Assembly: GCA_050273025.1 (NCBI GenBank) | Contig: CP158635.1 | Location: 13,392,001 to 13,456,000 of the forward strand | Length of the DNA: 64,000 nucleotides | Direction: 5' to 3' | Source of the DNA: Cenococcum geophilum | Taxonomy: Eukaryota | Part shown: piece by piece, positions 12,116 through 23,960 of the stretch | Layout: every line of letters begins with the position of its first letter | How positions within the stretch are numbered: the first letter of the stretch is position 1 | Program-made: the position numbers and the translations under genes | Notes under the pieces: model-generated | The model's database searches: none | Seen by the model: the letters and a program-made list of their open reading frames with translations, nothing else | Told to the model about the DNA's origin: nothing

Positions 12116-15100
12116 TCAAGTCTCTTCCATGAGAGCTTGACCATCCCCTGCTTCGCGCCAATCTCGAGAACGCTCAGATAGCCGTTTGATGCCCGTGATT
12201 CGCTCAGCCCATAAAGATTCCGATGGAGTCCGGAATGTGTAACCTCGCTGCGAACTTATTACACCAATAGCTTGTAATACCGCCTTTCGAGAATCCCGTC
12301 CAAACACGGCTGGATGGTTGATCCATTCCAGTGATGACTCTAGTTCTGCATCGAGTGCATACATTGTTGTTGCATCAATCCCAGCGGCAGGAGTGAAGGG
12401 ATTCTCCGCATGTGGCGACGGAGTCCGTGGCCGTTCGGAGCTCTCTGTAATTGGTGACGCTTGTCCAGCACTGCTAGAATTTTGGCCACTGCTCGCACGC
12501 GCATTACTTGGAGGTGGTAGCGGCGGCAGACCCCCTTTACCCAGGCCTTTTAAGATACTTCGAGTCTCACTTAGAAGATGATGAGCGCGTTCATGTTGAC
12601 CACGGGAAACTAGAGTTAGCGCCCGAGTTAACATGTCAGATGTTAGAAGTTCCATCCGCCTCTGGACGACAGATGGGTGGGGCGGAATAAGAGGCGTAGA
12701 AGGACGACCAGTTGAATTCTTTTTTGATACAGAAGGCAGCATCGTGATCGCTAGGAGGGATGGCCGAGGCAGATGAGAGATTGTGCCTTCCCGTAGTATG
12801 TCGCCATACGTTAGGTCAGCTTGGATTAATGGTACTTCTTCCACACTTAGGCTCCGCTGATCGTCTTGGTCCAAAGGCCCCCCAAGTGCTTCTAGGCCCG
12901 ATACTATCGTCTCCCAAGGATCTTGAGGTAGTTGTTCTGGCGAGGCCGTGTCGGGTGCTATCGCCAGCTGCACAAGAATATCTACAATGGTTGTTAGAAA
13001 CGTGCAATAGCTAGTCAATAGATTAATATACCTCTCTTATCTCCAAAGCGCAGGTCCCCGAGAGAAGCTTCCGCGTCTCGTCCGGTTGCTCGTTTCGTAA
13101 TCTGTAATGCACCGCTTATCTTAACAAACTTGGCGGGAGACCCCTCGGGAAGCCTCAATTTGAGTTTCACATTTTGATGCGAGGTTGTCTGAAGGGACCC
13201 AAGACATCCTGCTACGCACTCCCGAAGCATCATCCAATCCTTGACATACGTGTATGATGCCTTGGTTCGTGTTGATAATTCGATCATAGTGTCTGGTTTA
13301 TGAGTCAATCCTAGACCGAAGGAATGTATCGTAACCCTGTACAAGATCAGTGACTTCGTTAATATATAAATTCACAGGGTTGAAACTTACTTAGCAGCCT
13401 CAGCTCTTGACACCACAAAATCGACGCTCTCAGCATCGGAAGTTGACGAGTCGCTAATCAGTAGTATGCTGGAGATTGGATTGGTGGATTTGCGCTGCAT
13501 CAGCAAGTCCATCGCTACATTCGCACCCTCCACTACGTCGGCTCGAAGGCTCTTCTGTCCAACCGGGCGTATGGAGTCCAAAATCTTCTGCCAACCGCTC
13601 CAGGCTTTGCTAGTCATCCCAACCAAGGGAACGCCGCCTCCACTAGATCCGAAAGTCACAAGGCCCATCCTATCTCTTTCTCCAAGATTTGAAACGAGAA
13701 ATCTGAGCGCATCTCGGAGTAAGTTTATCTTAAGCCCTTGCATAGACGAAGATACCGGAATCACAACCACAATGTCGAGTGGAACATGAATAGGAGACGG
13801 AAGCCTTGGATCTGCCATTCCTGCACGAGAGTTTGTGTATTCTGTTGGGGCTGTGTTGTTCGATCTAGCTGCCCCATATGATGAGTTTACCGATGAAACC
13901 CGTTTATTTTTAGATGTCCTATAGTCCTCTTCGTCTGTCCCAGAGTTATCGTGGTCGTAATCCTGCATTCTGCGCAGTGGTTCCACGTTTATATCCATGA
14001 GGGCTCGTCTCCATAATTCAAGTTGATTACGATTTTGGAATTGAAGATGAAACGAGGGTAATTCAACAACAGAGAGACTTAGGGTCAATATTGCGCCATC
14101 TATTCCGAACTAACGTCAACGGTAGTTAATCTAAAGGAGCAGCGAATACAACTTACCCGACGAATGCTCGACTTGCTTAAGATGCTTCTTAATCAAAATA
14201 GAACCTTTCAGAGTGCATTTGCTCTTTTTGTTAACTGACTCGGTGCCATCCCAGTGCGGCGGTTGTGCCGCTTTCTTCTCTTTCACGCAGATGAGCATCT
14301 CAGAGAACAGATAACATTCCAGTTCCTGCCATGACTGACGATCCTTTCCAACCCGGACATGACCATGTAGACGAAGCTTACCAAACCTGCGCAAGTCAGA
14401 AAAAAAAAAAGAAAAAAAAAGATAATCGTCTGGAGTGTTATACCTTGAAAAGTCGAGGCCGTGCCAATTGTCTACGCGGGAATGCAGATCTTCGGTTATC
14501 TCGTCCAATGCCTCAGAGGATTCGTACATTTGTTCAAAAGCTCTGCTTGGAGCTGGGGATTTTGACCTCCCATAATTCTCGCTCGGGTGAACCGAAGGCA
14601 CTGGGGGTACACTTCGCATATCTTCTGGATCTGGCCTCCATTTCCCTTCTAGCACTTCCACCGTTACCAGACAAGTCAAGCTCTGCTGCTGGCGAGAACG
14701 ATTGAGAGTTGGGAATTCGCTACGCACAGTGACGGTAGGTGCCGGGATAGGATTCTTGAGTAGGCCTCGGGGGCTGCTAAGGCTCGTTTCCATGGACTGT
14801 ACATCGTAATCGTGTCTTCGTCCGGTGGGGTTGTGGGTATCGGCGTAGTCTCCTGAGGACGCCACTCCGGTTGCACCACTGTCGTTTCTCATATGTTGGC
14901 GCGACATGGATCCCATCCGCTCTGACCTCTCGCGGTTATGGCTACTCTCCCGCTGGCGACTGTCCCTGGGATCGTGATGCTGCTGTTGTGATTGGGGGCG
15001 GCCCTGGGAATCAGAGCCATCACGAGTCCTAGGATGATCTTGTACTGTCTGGGTATCCCACGGTGTTAGCGTATTTTGTGCGGTCCGCCCAGAGTCTCTC

Positions 15101-15808
15101 GGCTCATTATGCTGCACCGATCGGACTATGGTGCTAAGCTTCTCTGCAGAGTTGTCAGACGAGGATTCACCGACAGGGGTTAATCTACTACTTACCAAGG
15201 TCCAGAACATTACCTCCCCTGCTGGTATCTAGTCCCAATGGCGCATTGCAAGTTGGGCAATTTTGCGATTCAAATTCACGGATATATTCATAAAAGCAGG
15301 CTTCATGAGAGACATGGCCACACGATAGCTGTAGAATGCGTTCGCCGCGGAGAGTGTGTTCCAGGGGTTCCTCGCAGACGGTGCATTCGCTCCCAATAAA
15401 TGTCCTTTCCCGCCGGGTCCGAGATCTTTCCAGGTCGAGCACACCGGCCATACCTCTGCTCGAGCGCGGGACGGAGGGCGAATGAGCCGAAATACTTCTC
15501 GATGAATGTGAGGCGGAGGGTTTTGCTGTGTCGGTAGAGAATTGGGAGGAGCGAGAACGAGGTCGGAAGCCTGGATAAGACAACATATGAGCCAGGTCAA
15601 AGCGTGGAACAAACGACGAAGCGGGAGCAATACTGTCGTGGACTACTGGTGCCCGGAACTCGACACCCTTGGGCTTTCTAGTGGGCTTTTTCCTCGTCTT
15701 GTTGCCCAAGAGGCCGAGTGTGTAGAGGTTCGACTTGATTTCGCTCGAATATTGGTGTTTTCGCGATGGATGACGACCGGAAGAGGGTTGATGGAGCCCG
15801 TTCGACAT
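12116..15808 (-). CDS. RING-H2 + PH + von Willebrand A domain protein of the Far1/Ste5 family; about 6 exons, start codon uncertain
   Basis: RING CTVCEEPL...LSCGHVSHEACF...CPTC, PH-like FGKLRLHG...CYLFSEMLICVKEK...LELWRRAL, and VWA PLDIVVVIPVSSSMQGLK...DRMGLVTF...ILLISDS...IHSFGLG. GT-AG introns join the ORF-track fragments. Confidence 0.88.
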
Positions 15809-16742
15809 GGAACTCTTGGTGGAAGCTAGAGACCAGGCTTTTGTTCGCTTCCTCAGCGGTGTTTCAGCATCGAGACTGTGGTTGCCGTGATCGCTGGAGC
15901 AGCGCCGTGGGAAGTCTGGGAACTAGGAGGCGCACCCTAGATTAGACTACTAGGGCGGATATCGGTGGAGCAGGGAAGTGGAGTTAATTACAGCATCAAT
16001 AGCAAACGCTCAAGTCAATAGCGCAGTTGCTGCGGGGATTGCGGTGGTTCTATGTACTCGGCTTTCCGGAGGAAGTGCATGGTCAAGGTATGGGGAGGGA
16101 GCACGGCCGACCAACTCGTCTCGCATCCCGACCGCCACTACTAGAGGAGAGTAAACTTTACCAACTTTACAGACGATTAGGGGCCCGAAGGGGGGCAGGC
16201 CTGCAGCAATACGTTTCCAAAAAGGGCTTTGCGTGGCGTGCAGGGTCAGCGGTTGAACCTGATGCTTGGGGGAGGGGGGAATGCGGCGCCGGTAAAAGAA
16301 AGGATTGGCGCTCAAAGACCCCATGCCGCCTGGCCCGCTATGCAGCGTCGTGAACCTGCGCCAGCAAGAGTCTTCAGGGCCCGGGCGAGTCAGACTGGAG
16401 AGTCGTTAATAACGCGGCAGAGCTGCCAGGGCCACGCAGAGGAAGCATCGCCACGGCTTCGGCTTGCCATGCAGCGACGCCTGGAAACTCAACACCCAGA
16501 TGGCATCTCGTCAAAGACTCTTGCCGCCAAGGTAGTCTCTGCAGCGCGAGTCGTCTAAGCTACCTAGTCGGCGCGGCGAGTCAGGCCGCAGCTTGCTCCC
16601 AAGCACCTCCTTCGCGCGGACCGATCGTCTTCTTCGCAGCGTGGGAAAAGCAGGGACCGCAGCAAGACCCCAAAGAATGGCATTTTGACTTTCTCACCAC
16701 CACGCAGTCGGTTAGTCGCACCGTCTTCCATCCTTATCGTCT

Positions 16743-17870
16743 AACGCTTATCTCATGGAGAATGGGGGTGGAGCACGTGCGTACTGCTCCCTATTACCCC
16801 CTGAATTCTCAGAGAAGCGTCTGAGAGCTTCCCGTCACAAAATCAAACCACCAAACTAGCAACTCTATATACAGTAAAAACTCTTTAGTACGATATTTGA
16901 TTATAACGATATACTCTGTATTATAATCTACATCTCTTAATCAAACCTTTTTTTAGTATATTTTACGATAAACTGACTTCTAATGATATCTTTAAGTTCC
17001 TGCCACCAAAATCGATATAACCAGAAGAAATATTTTATGGAAGGGAAGCTATTTGGCCCTTTAAGGTAGATACCCTATGCCCTTTTCGGACTACCTTCTT
17101 TTTCCTGCTTATTAACTCAACACATGACTTTATGTATAGCAATACCTTGGTATAACGATACGTACAACCCGTATCATACTGACTAGTTTTTACTGTACGT
17201 ACTATTACAACACTGCCAAACCTCACCACCTTTTCCACATCTAAGTATCTTAAAAATACCACGAGGTAAAAGGCCTTTAGCTTCTCTACCTACTCTACGT
17301 AGTAGCTACGTTATAGCTATCTTATATCAAACATTAGATATCCCTTCGGCTGGTAAAATGGGTCCTACGGTTATCCATAAGTACCGGCCAATAGAATCAA
17401 TGAGATCAAGCCCCCGTGATCATACGCGTACTTTTGATTCTGGCGTTCGCGCACGGTCCAATTATCGTAGAACCCTACCGGCCGAAGGGCTATGTAATTA
17501 GTGAAAATGCGTTTTAAAATTTAAGTTATTTTCTATAACGTTATATCTTGTCTTTTAATAATACTTTATAAGGATATAATCTATATAAGGATAATAGTTA
17601 CTTAAAGAATCTAATATACTAAAAAAAACATAGATATACCTATTATAGTTAGAGCATAATTTGCAAAAAGGAAATTTATTTATTTATAAAACTTTTATTT
17701 AACACTAGTAAAAGCGACGCCCATAAGCTCAGACGCTGTGTTGAAGAATTTGAAATATAGGGAGCAGATATGAGCGATTTTCTGGCGTGCCTGCCCCGTA
17801 ACCAAATGCGAGCTGATCTAACTGAGTTCGGCTAAAACTCTAATACGGAGCGTCCGATAATCTAACGCAA
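16743..17870 (-). mobile_element. Non-autonomous 1.1-kb repeat with hairpin-capped ends (copy Y), inverted homolog of 51822-52945
   Basis: The reverse complement of 17190-17730 aligns by eye with 51984-52370 (e.g. AGAGAAGCTAAAGGCCTTTTACCTCGTGGTATTTTTAAGATACTTAGATG vs AGAGAAGACAAAGGGCTTTCAGCTCGTACTATTTTAGAGATAATTAGATA). Terminal hairpins lie at 16743-16821 and 17732-17854. Outer boundaries are approximate. Confidence 0.65.
17341..17490. mobile_element. 150-bp MITE with bulged TIRs and TA TSD
   Basis: TA|TCCCTTCGGCTGGTA-AAAT-GGGTCCTACG ... CGTAGAACCC-TACCGGCCGAAGGGC|TA. It is absent from the homologous position of the copy at about 52230. Confidence 0.8.
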
Positions 17871-18516
17871 ACGCCGTTAGAATCCTGCACGTGGCCGCCA
17901 TGCGACGTTACCCTGTGATGTTATGATGCTATGATGTTATCCTGCTGATCCCCAAATTACTCCAATTCCCCGAGTCATCCCTCGACGCTAGGCCCGCCGT
18001 TGAGGAACCGCCGCTTACTGCACAGGCACTGCCCTCGTGGTGTTTCGACCGCTGGAACTCGATTGAGCCACAACTATTTGAAGCGCGCGTTTTTAGTAGA
18101 TCCACAAGGAAGCGATTACGCATCTTAGAAAACCGAGGAAACAAGTCGATGAAAGGAAGCAGGTCATTTGCGATGTTCCGAATGTATTGATACATCAACA
18201 CTAACGTTCCGACCTATCCGCGTTGCGTTTGCTCTGTAATTATAATTATCCCAGCGAACTATGGGTTGCAGCATAATACCTTTTCACCCAATTAAGACCA
18301 TAGTCGATTATCAAGCCTGTATAGAAACCGAAAACACTCGCATACAGTGCATGGAATGTAATGCAGTGTCGTAGCACGCAATCAGTTGCATTACAATTCA
18401 ACTAGAGACATAACCACATTAACAGTTTAAAACAACTAAATAAAAACTGAAAATACCTAAAATTCCAGCTATTAAAAAAAGGGTTGTCCGTTAGCGTCGT
18501 AGTGTTAGCGTCGTAG

Positions 18517-18696
18517 TATGTAACGTTTCCCGCCCTAACGTCGCCATTCGGCCAAAAAGACACGGAGTGCTTGCGAACTTGTTCGCAAGCGCGGCGGGAT
18601 CTAATATATGTAACGTGGCCCGCCTCCACGTCGCCATACGGCCAAAAAGACTGAGAGTGCTTGCGAACTTGTCGCAAGCGCGGCGGGACCTAATAT
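18517..18696 (+). repeat. Two tandem 90-bp structured units, each ending hairpin + 10 nt + CTAA|T (canonical Helitron 3'-end-like)
   Basis: Units start at 18517 and 18607. The hairpin GCTTGCGAACTTGTTCGCAAGC is at 18569-18590, and CCCGCC...GGCGGG closes each unit. Confidence 0.6.
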
Positions 18697-18957
18697 ATAT
18701 ACTCTTACAATATATGTACTCTTACATAGTATAAGCGCTCTGCTAATCGAAAAATATGCGGAACGTTGGTCCCCCAACGTAAATTTTAACCCGAGTTTAT
18801 AAGTAATAAGCCAATTAATTAACCCAAAGCTTTAACTTAGAGCTTTATTATATAGACTTTAATTAATATATATAGAGATAAGGTTTTCCAAGGGGAGACC
18901 CCCTGGGACCCCCCTATATAGAGCTTTTACTTAATTTAGAAGTAGTAGTAAGATCAA

Positions 18958-19007
18958 GGCGCCTTAGTTACTGCTAGGTAAGGATCTACTGCAGTAACTA
19001 AGGCGCC
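18958..19007. repeat. Perfect 17-bp inverted repeat with 16-nt loop in the Helitron 3' region
   Basis: GGCGCCTTAGTTACTGC ... GCAGTAACTAAGGCGCC. Confidence 0.85.
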
Positions 19008-19689
19008 CTACTTAAGCTAGGCTTAAAGATTATATTAGTTATAAATTTAGTATATATTTAGACTGCAGAGCTTTAATATAGAGCCCTTTACGTAGGATCT
19101 AATATAGTAAATTGTAATTGTAATTTAAAGCTTTATATACTAAATATTTCTAATACCTAATAACTAAATCGCCGCATAGCTAGAATTAAAGTAAGTCTAC
19201 TACCCCAACTTAATTAAATACGCGCGTAAGAAGAGATATAACTGTATGCTAGGACCCTCCCCCTAACGGGCGGAGGCGGTGCGGCCACAGTAGCGACGTT
19301 TAACATAATCGATCAACCACGGTTCGGACGTACGACGACGTAATGGCTTAGTAACAACGTAATAGCTCAGCGTCGAGTAATGGGAGGGAGAGGAGAAGGG
19401 GGAGGAGATTTGGGGGGGGGGTGGCTTAGCTACTGCAAGAAGGTTATAATATTGGTATAGTATTAAACTTTAAAAATTGTGTCCCGGGAGCTTAATTAAC
19501 GACCCCTATAAAACGTTAATAACGTTTAATTATAGAGCTTTAAACTAGTAGATTTCCTAGGAATACCTATTATAAGTAGCTCTAAGTATAAAATCTAAAA
19601 TATTTAGTAGTGGTATAAGTATAGAACGGGGTATATATTTGCGTTCCTAAATATCGTTATATAACGCAATTTTTGGGTAATAAAAACTA

Positions 19690-20175
19690 GCCGTTAATGT
19701 TACTTGACTAACACCTACCGGAGGTTCCTCCGTCCTTTCTATCTTCTCTTTTACCCATCTCCTTGTCTAATACTATTTATATTACTACGTTAACTAATAA
19801 ATCCCTTAGTAGGGACTAAGGAGGAGTATTAGAGCACCTCTAGCTCTTATAAGGAAGAAGAAAAGAAGAAAGAAAGATATAGAGGGAGTATTTATAGATA
19901 GGAGGAGGCCTATAAATATAGGAGATTAGATAGCTATAATATAGCCATTAACGTTGCTTAACTAACACCTACTAGAGGCTCCTCCGTCCTTTCTGTCTTC
20001 TTTCTTACCCGTCTCCTTGTTTAATACTATCTATATTGCCACGTTAACTAATAGATCCCTTAGTAGGGACTAAGGAGGAGTATTAGAGCACTACTAGCTC
20101 TTATAAGGAAGAAGAAAAGAAAAGAGAAAAGTATAAAGGAGGGAGTATTTATAGATGGAAGGAGGCCCTATAAGT
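19690..20175. repeat. Direct duplication of about 230 bp (period about 254 bp) inside the Helitron 3' region
   Basis: ACTAACACCTAC...CCTCCGTCCTTTCT...ATCCCTTAGTAGGGACTAAGGAGGAGTATTAGAGCAC...GAGGGAGTATTTATAGAT occurs twice. Confidence 0.9.
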
Positions 20176-21384
20176 ACGTAATTTAGTAAGTACTAATAGT
20201 ATAAGATTCTTATATAAGATGGGCTTAATTACTTACTAAAATATAGGGTATCTTTATTACTGTAGTGGCTACTATAGTAGTAGAGATGCCTTAAATATTT
20301 AATATAACTAACTACTAAGGCTATTAATAAGTCGAAGGTAGGCTACTAATATAGTACGAACGATGTAGTTGTTGGTGTTGTTTATAGCCTGTTTTTACTT
20401 CTAGTATACGCGTAAATTATTTTTATATTTGGTGTAGAGCTAGTTATAAATAGTAAGCTAGTTTAGGTCTAGCTTTGCTATTAATATAGCCGTAGGTAGT
20501 ATGTCCCTTAGTATAGGCCAACTTAGTAGTTATAGCTTTAGAAGATCGTCTTTCTTCTTAAATAGGTCGATATACTGCTATACCTTATTAGTTTTGGCTA
20601 TATCTTAGATAATAAAGAACTATTAAATCTAATCGGATGGCGTATTAAGGATAAGGTTAATTTTTAATTTAGTAGGGGTTATTATTTTTAGAATTTAATA
20701 GGTTAGAAAGGGTCTAGGTTAGGGTCTAGCTAGCGTCTTAGTAGAACCTTATTTAGACATTCCGAACTTTTAATTTAATTTATTAGTTTGTTTATTAGTC
20801 GGGTACGTTTATTAACTAGGGTTAATTATCTATTTGTTTAATAGGTAAAGAAGCTTAAAACACTATAAAGGTAGTAAAAGTAGTGACTTTTTAAATAAGG
20901 TAGTAAATCTAGACTTTAGATTACTAAAATTCAAATAAAAGAAAACTAGAAATTAATTAGGGAAAAAAACTAAAAAAAAATCAACTACCCCTTATTAATC
21001 TTATTAATATTAGAGGTATAGCCAAGCCTACTTATAGAGGGCTTTACTAGATATATATAAAACGCCTTATATAGCCACTAGGGTAACTAAGTAAGGCTAT
21101 AAGGCTAGAAAGAGGGTTCTTAGTTAGGAATTATTGCAATCGTCTATATATTCTTAGAGGTCACATAACTCCTTATATAAGCGACATTTCCGCCTTTTAG
21201 AAAAAAAATTCTAAAAATTCTAAAAATTAATTAACGCTATAGATGGCAGTAATATTAATCCAGTAGTACTGCTAATTCTCCTTATATACTATTATATGTA
21301 TATCTAATAGCTCCAGAAGCGGTAAGAAGGTAGAATAGATAGGGGGGTTAAAATTTAGAAAATTAGATTTCGCGGTTAAGCTAT

Positions 21385-21650
21385 CATCAGGAAATTTTTT
21401 TTTGGGCACGTTATTGCAAACGAAAATCGGGGTCTGCAAAACCTGCGTAAGTCACAAATTTGGCAATTTGCGGCGATTTGTAGCAATTTGCTATAAACAC
21501 ATAGGCTACCTATATACGCGCCTGCCTTATCTATATATTTGTAGCAAATTGCTGCAAATCGCCATAAATTACCAAAATTGCGACTTACGTAGGTTTTACA
21601 GACCCCAATTTTCGCTTGCAATAATATGCCTAAAAAAAAATTTCCTAATA
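21385..21650. repeat. 266-bp fold-back palindrome (arms about 115 bp)
   Basis: 21385-21500 is the reverse complement of 21535-21650 apart from mostly C>T/G>A changes. The right end CCTAATA is consistent with RIP-mutated CCTGATG. Confidence 0.92.
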
Positions 21651-22900
21651 TAGAGGCTCTGCATGAGGCTCTATATAAAGCTCTATATAAGGCTTTATAT
21701 AAAGCTCTGTATAAAGCTCTATATAAAGCTTTATACGAAGCTTTATATAAGGCTTTATATAAGGCTCTATACAAAGCTTTGTGTATAAAGGCTCTGTATA
21801 AGGCTCTATATAAAGTTCTATACGAATTCGTATACAAAGCTCTATACGAAGCTCTATACGAAGCTCTACATAAAGCTTTATATAAAGCTTTATATAAAGC
21901 TCTATACGAAGCTCTATACGAAGCTCTATACGAAGCTCTATACGAAGCTCTATACGAAGCTCTATACGAAGCTCTATATAAAGCTCTACACGAAGCTTTA
22001 TATAAAGCTCTATACGAAGCTCTATATAAAGCTTTATATAAGGCTCTATACGAAGCTCTATACAAAGCTCTATATAAAGCTTTACACGATACTCTATATG
22101 AAGCTTTGCACGATGCTTTATATAAAGCTTTGCGTATAGAGGCTCTATATAAAGCTTTATATAAAGCTCTATATAAAGCTCTATATAAAGCTCTATATAA
22201 AGCTTTATACGAAGCTTTGTATAAGGCTCTATATAAGGCTTTATATAAAGCTCTAGGTATAGAGGCTTTATATAAGGCTCTATACGAAGCTCTATATAAA
22301 GCTCTGCATAAAGCTCTACACGATGCTCTATATAAAGCTTTATATAATACTTTACATAAAGCTCTGCGTATAGAGGCTCTATATAAAGCTCTATACGAAG
22401 CTCTATATAAAGCTTTACACGAAGCTTTATATAAGGCTCTATACGAGGCTCTATATAAAGCTTTGGGTATAGAGGCTCTGTATAAGGCTCTATATAAAGC
22501 TCTATATAAAGCTCTATATAAAGCTCTATATAAAGCTCTATATAAAGCTCTATATAAAGCTCTATACGAAGCTTTATACAAAGCTCTATATATAGAGGCT
22601 CTGCACGAAGCTCTATATAAAGCTTTATATAAAGCTCTATATAAAGCTCTATATAAAGCTCTATATAAAGCTCTATAAAGCTCTATATAAAGCTCTATAT
22701 ATAGAGGCTCTATATAAGGCTTTACGCGAAGCTTTATATAAGGCTCTACGCGAAGCTCTATATAAGGCTCTGCGCGAAGCTCTATACAAGGCTTTACGCG
22801 AAGCTCTATATACGGAGGCTCTACGCGAAGCTCTGCATATGGAGGCTCTGCGCGAAGCTCTATATATAGAGGCTCTATACAAAGCTCTACACAAAGCCTT
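21651..22900. repeat. 12-bp minisatellite (GCTCTATATAAA; pre-RIP probably GCTCTGCACGAG-like) with interspersed 15-bp variants, about 100 units
   Basis: Directly visible. Variants include GCTCTGCACGAA and GCTCTGCGCGAA. Confidence 0.97.
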
Positions 22901-23062
22901 TATGTGTATACGCGTGACACACTACTATTGGGTCCCCGCTATATTCCTAATAGCCTCTATACATACCTCTGCTAAGTATACCCCCTATATACACCTAGGT
23001 AGCCACCTTATTTTTTACCCTTTCTTATATCCTCCCTACCTAGGAAGACACCAAAACAACAG

Positions 23063-23690
23063 CTAGTAGACGACCGTCGCCAGAGCTAGACGACCGTCGC
23101 TAGAGCTAGACGACCGTTAGAGCTAAATAACCGTCGTTAAAGCCAGACGACTGTCGCCGGAGCTAGATAACCGTTGCTAGAGTTAGACGACCGTCGCCGG
23201 AGCCAGATGACCGTCGCTAGAGCTAGACGACCGTTAGAGCCAGACGACCGTCGTTAGAGCTAGACGACCGTTGCCGGAGCCAGATAACCGTCGCCAGAGC
23301 TAGACGACCGTCGTTAGAGCTAGACGACCGTCGTTAGAGCTAGACGACCGTCGTTAGAGCTAGACGACCGTCGTTAGAGCTAGACGACCGTCGTTAGAGC
23401 TAGACGGCCGTCGCCAGAGCTAGATGACCGTCGCTAGAGCTGGACGACCGTCGCCGGAGCTAGATGACTGTCGCTAGAGCTAGACGATCGTCAGAGCTAG
23501 ACGACCGTCGCTAGAGCCAGATGACTGTCGCCAGAGCTGGACAACCGTCGTTAGAGCTAGATGACCGTTGCTAGAGCTAGACGACCGTCAGAGCCAGATA
23601 ACCGTCGTCAGAGCTAGACGACCGTCGCCGGAGCCAGATAACCGTCGCTAGAGCTAGACGACCGTCGTTATCGCCATACAACCGTCGCCA
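23063..23690. repeat. 20-bp minisatellite (GAGCTAGACGACCGTCGYYA) with 17-bp variants, about 30 units
   Basis: Directly visible. Each unit holds the interrupted palindrome CGAC-C-GTCG. Confidence 0.95.
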
Positions 23691-23774
23691 AAGCCACACG
23701 ATAACCGTTTAAACGACCAGCCAGCGAACACGATAAACGATTCAATCGATCGATTAAATCAAGGTAACATAGAC

Positions 23775-23960
23775 AGGTAGGCACAGATAGGTAGGCATAA
23801 ATAGGTAGGTATAGACGGGTAGGTATAGACAGACAGACAGGTAGGTAGGTAGGTAGGTAAGTAGGTAGGCAGGTAAGTAGGCAGGTAGGTAGGTAGGCAG
23901 GTAGGTAGGCAGGTAGGTAGGCAGGTAGGCAGGCAGGCAGGCAGGCAGGTAGGTAGGTAG
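23775..23960. repeat. (AGGT/AGGC)n tetranucleotide microsatellite
   Basis: Directly visible. Confidence 0.95.

Noticed and set aside
16010..16558. Overlapping 104-109 aa ORFs upstream of the Far1-like gene
   Set aside because: GC-rich promoter/5'-UTR sequence with no recognisable motifs. Likely chance ORFs.
18607..18696. HDV-like ribozyme (TCCACGT loop, CTAAT)
   Set aside because: P3 cannot form, and the loop is not conserved in the other unit (CTAACGT).
21376..22678. 350- and 401-aa ALYK/ALYR-repeat ORFs on both strands
   Set aside because: They are translations of a RIP-mutated 12-bp minisatellite whose unit lacks stops in those frames. There is no evidence of a gene.
23063..23690. CRISPR-like array of palindromic repeats
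   Set aside because: Units are contiguous with no unique spacers, there are no cas genes, and the context is eukaryotic.
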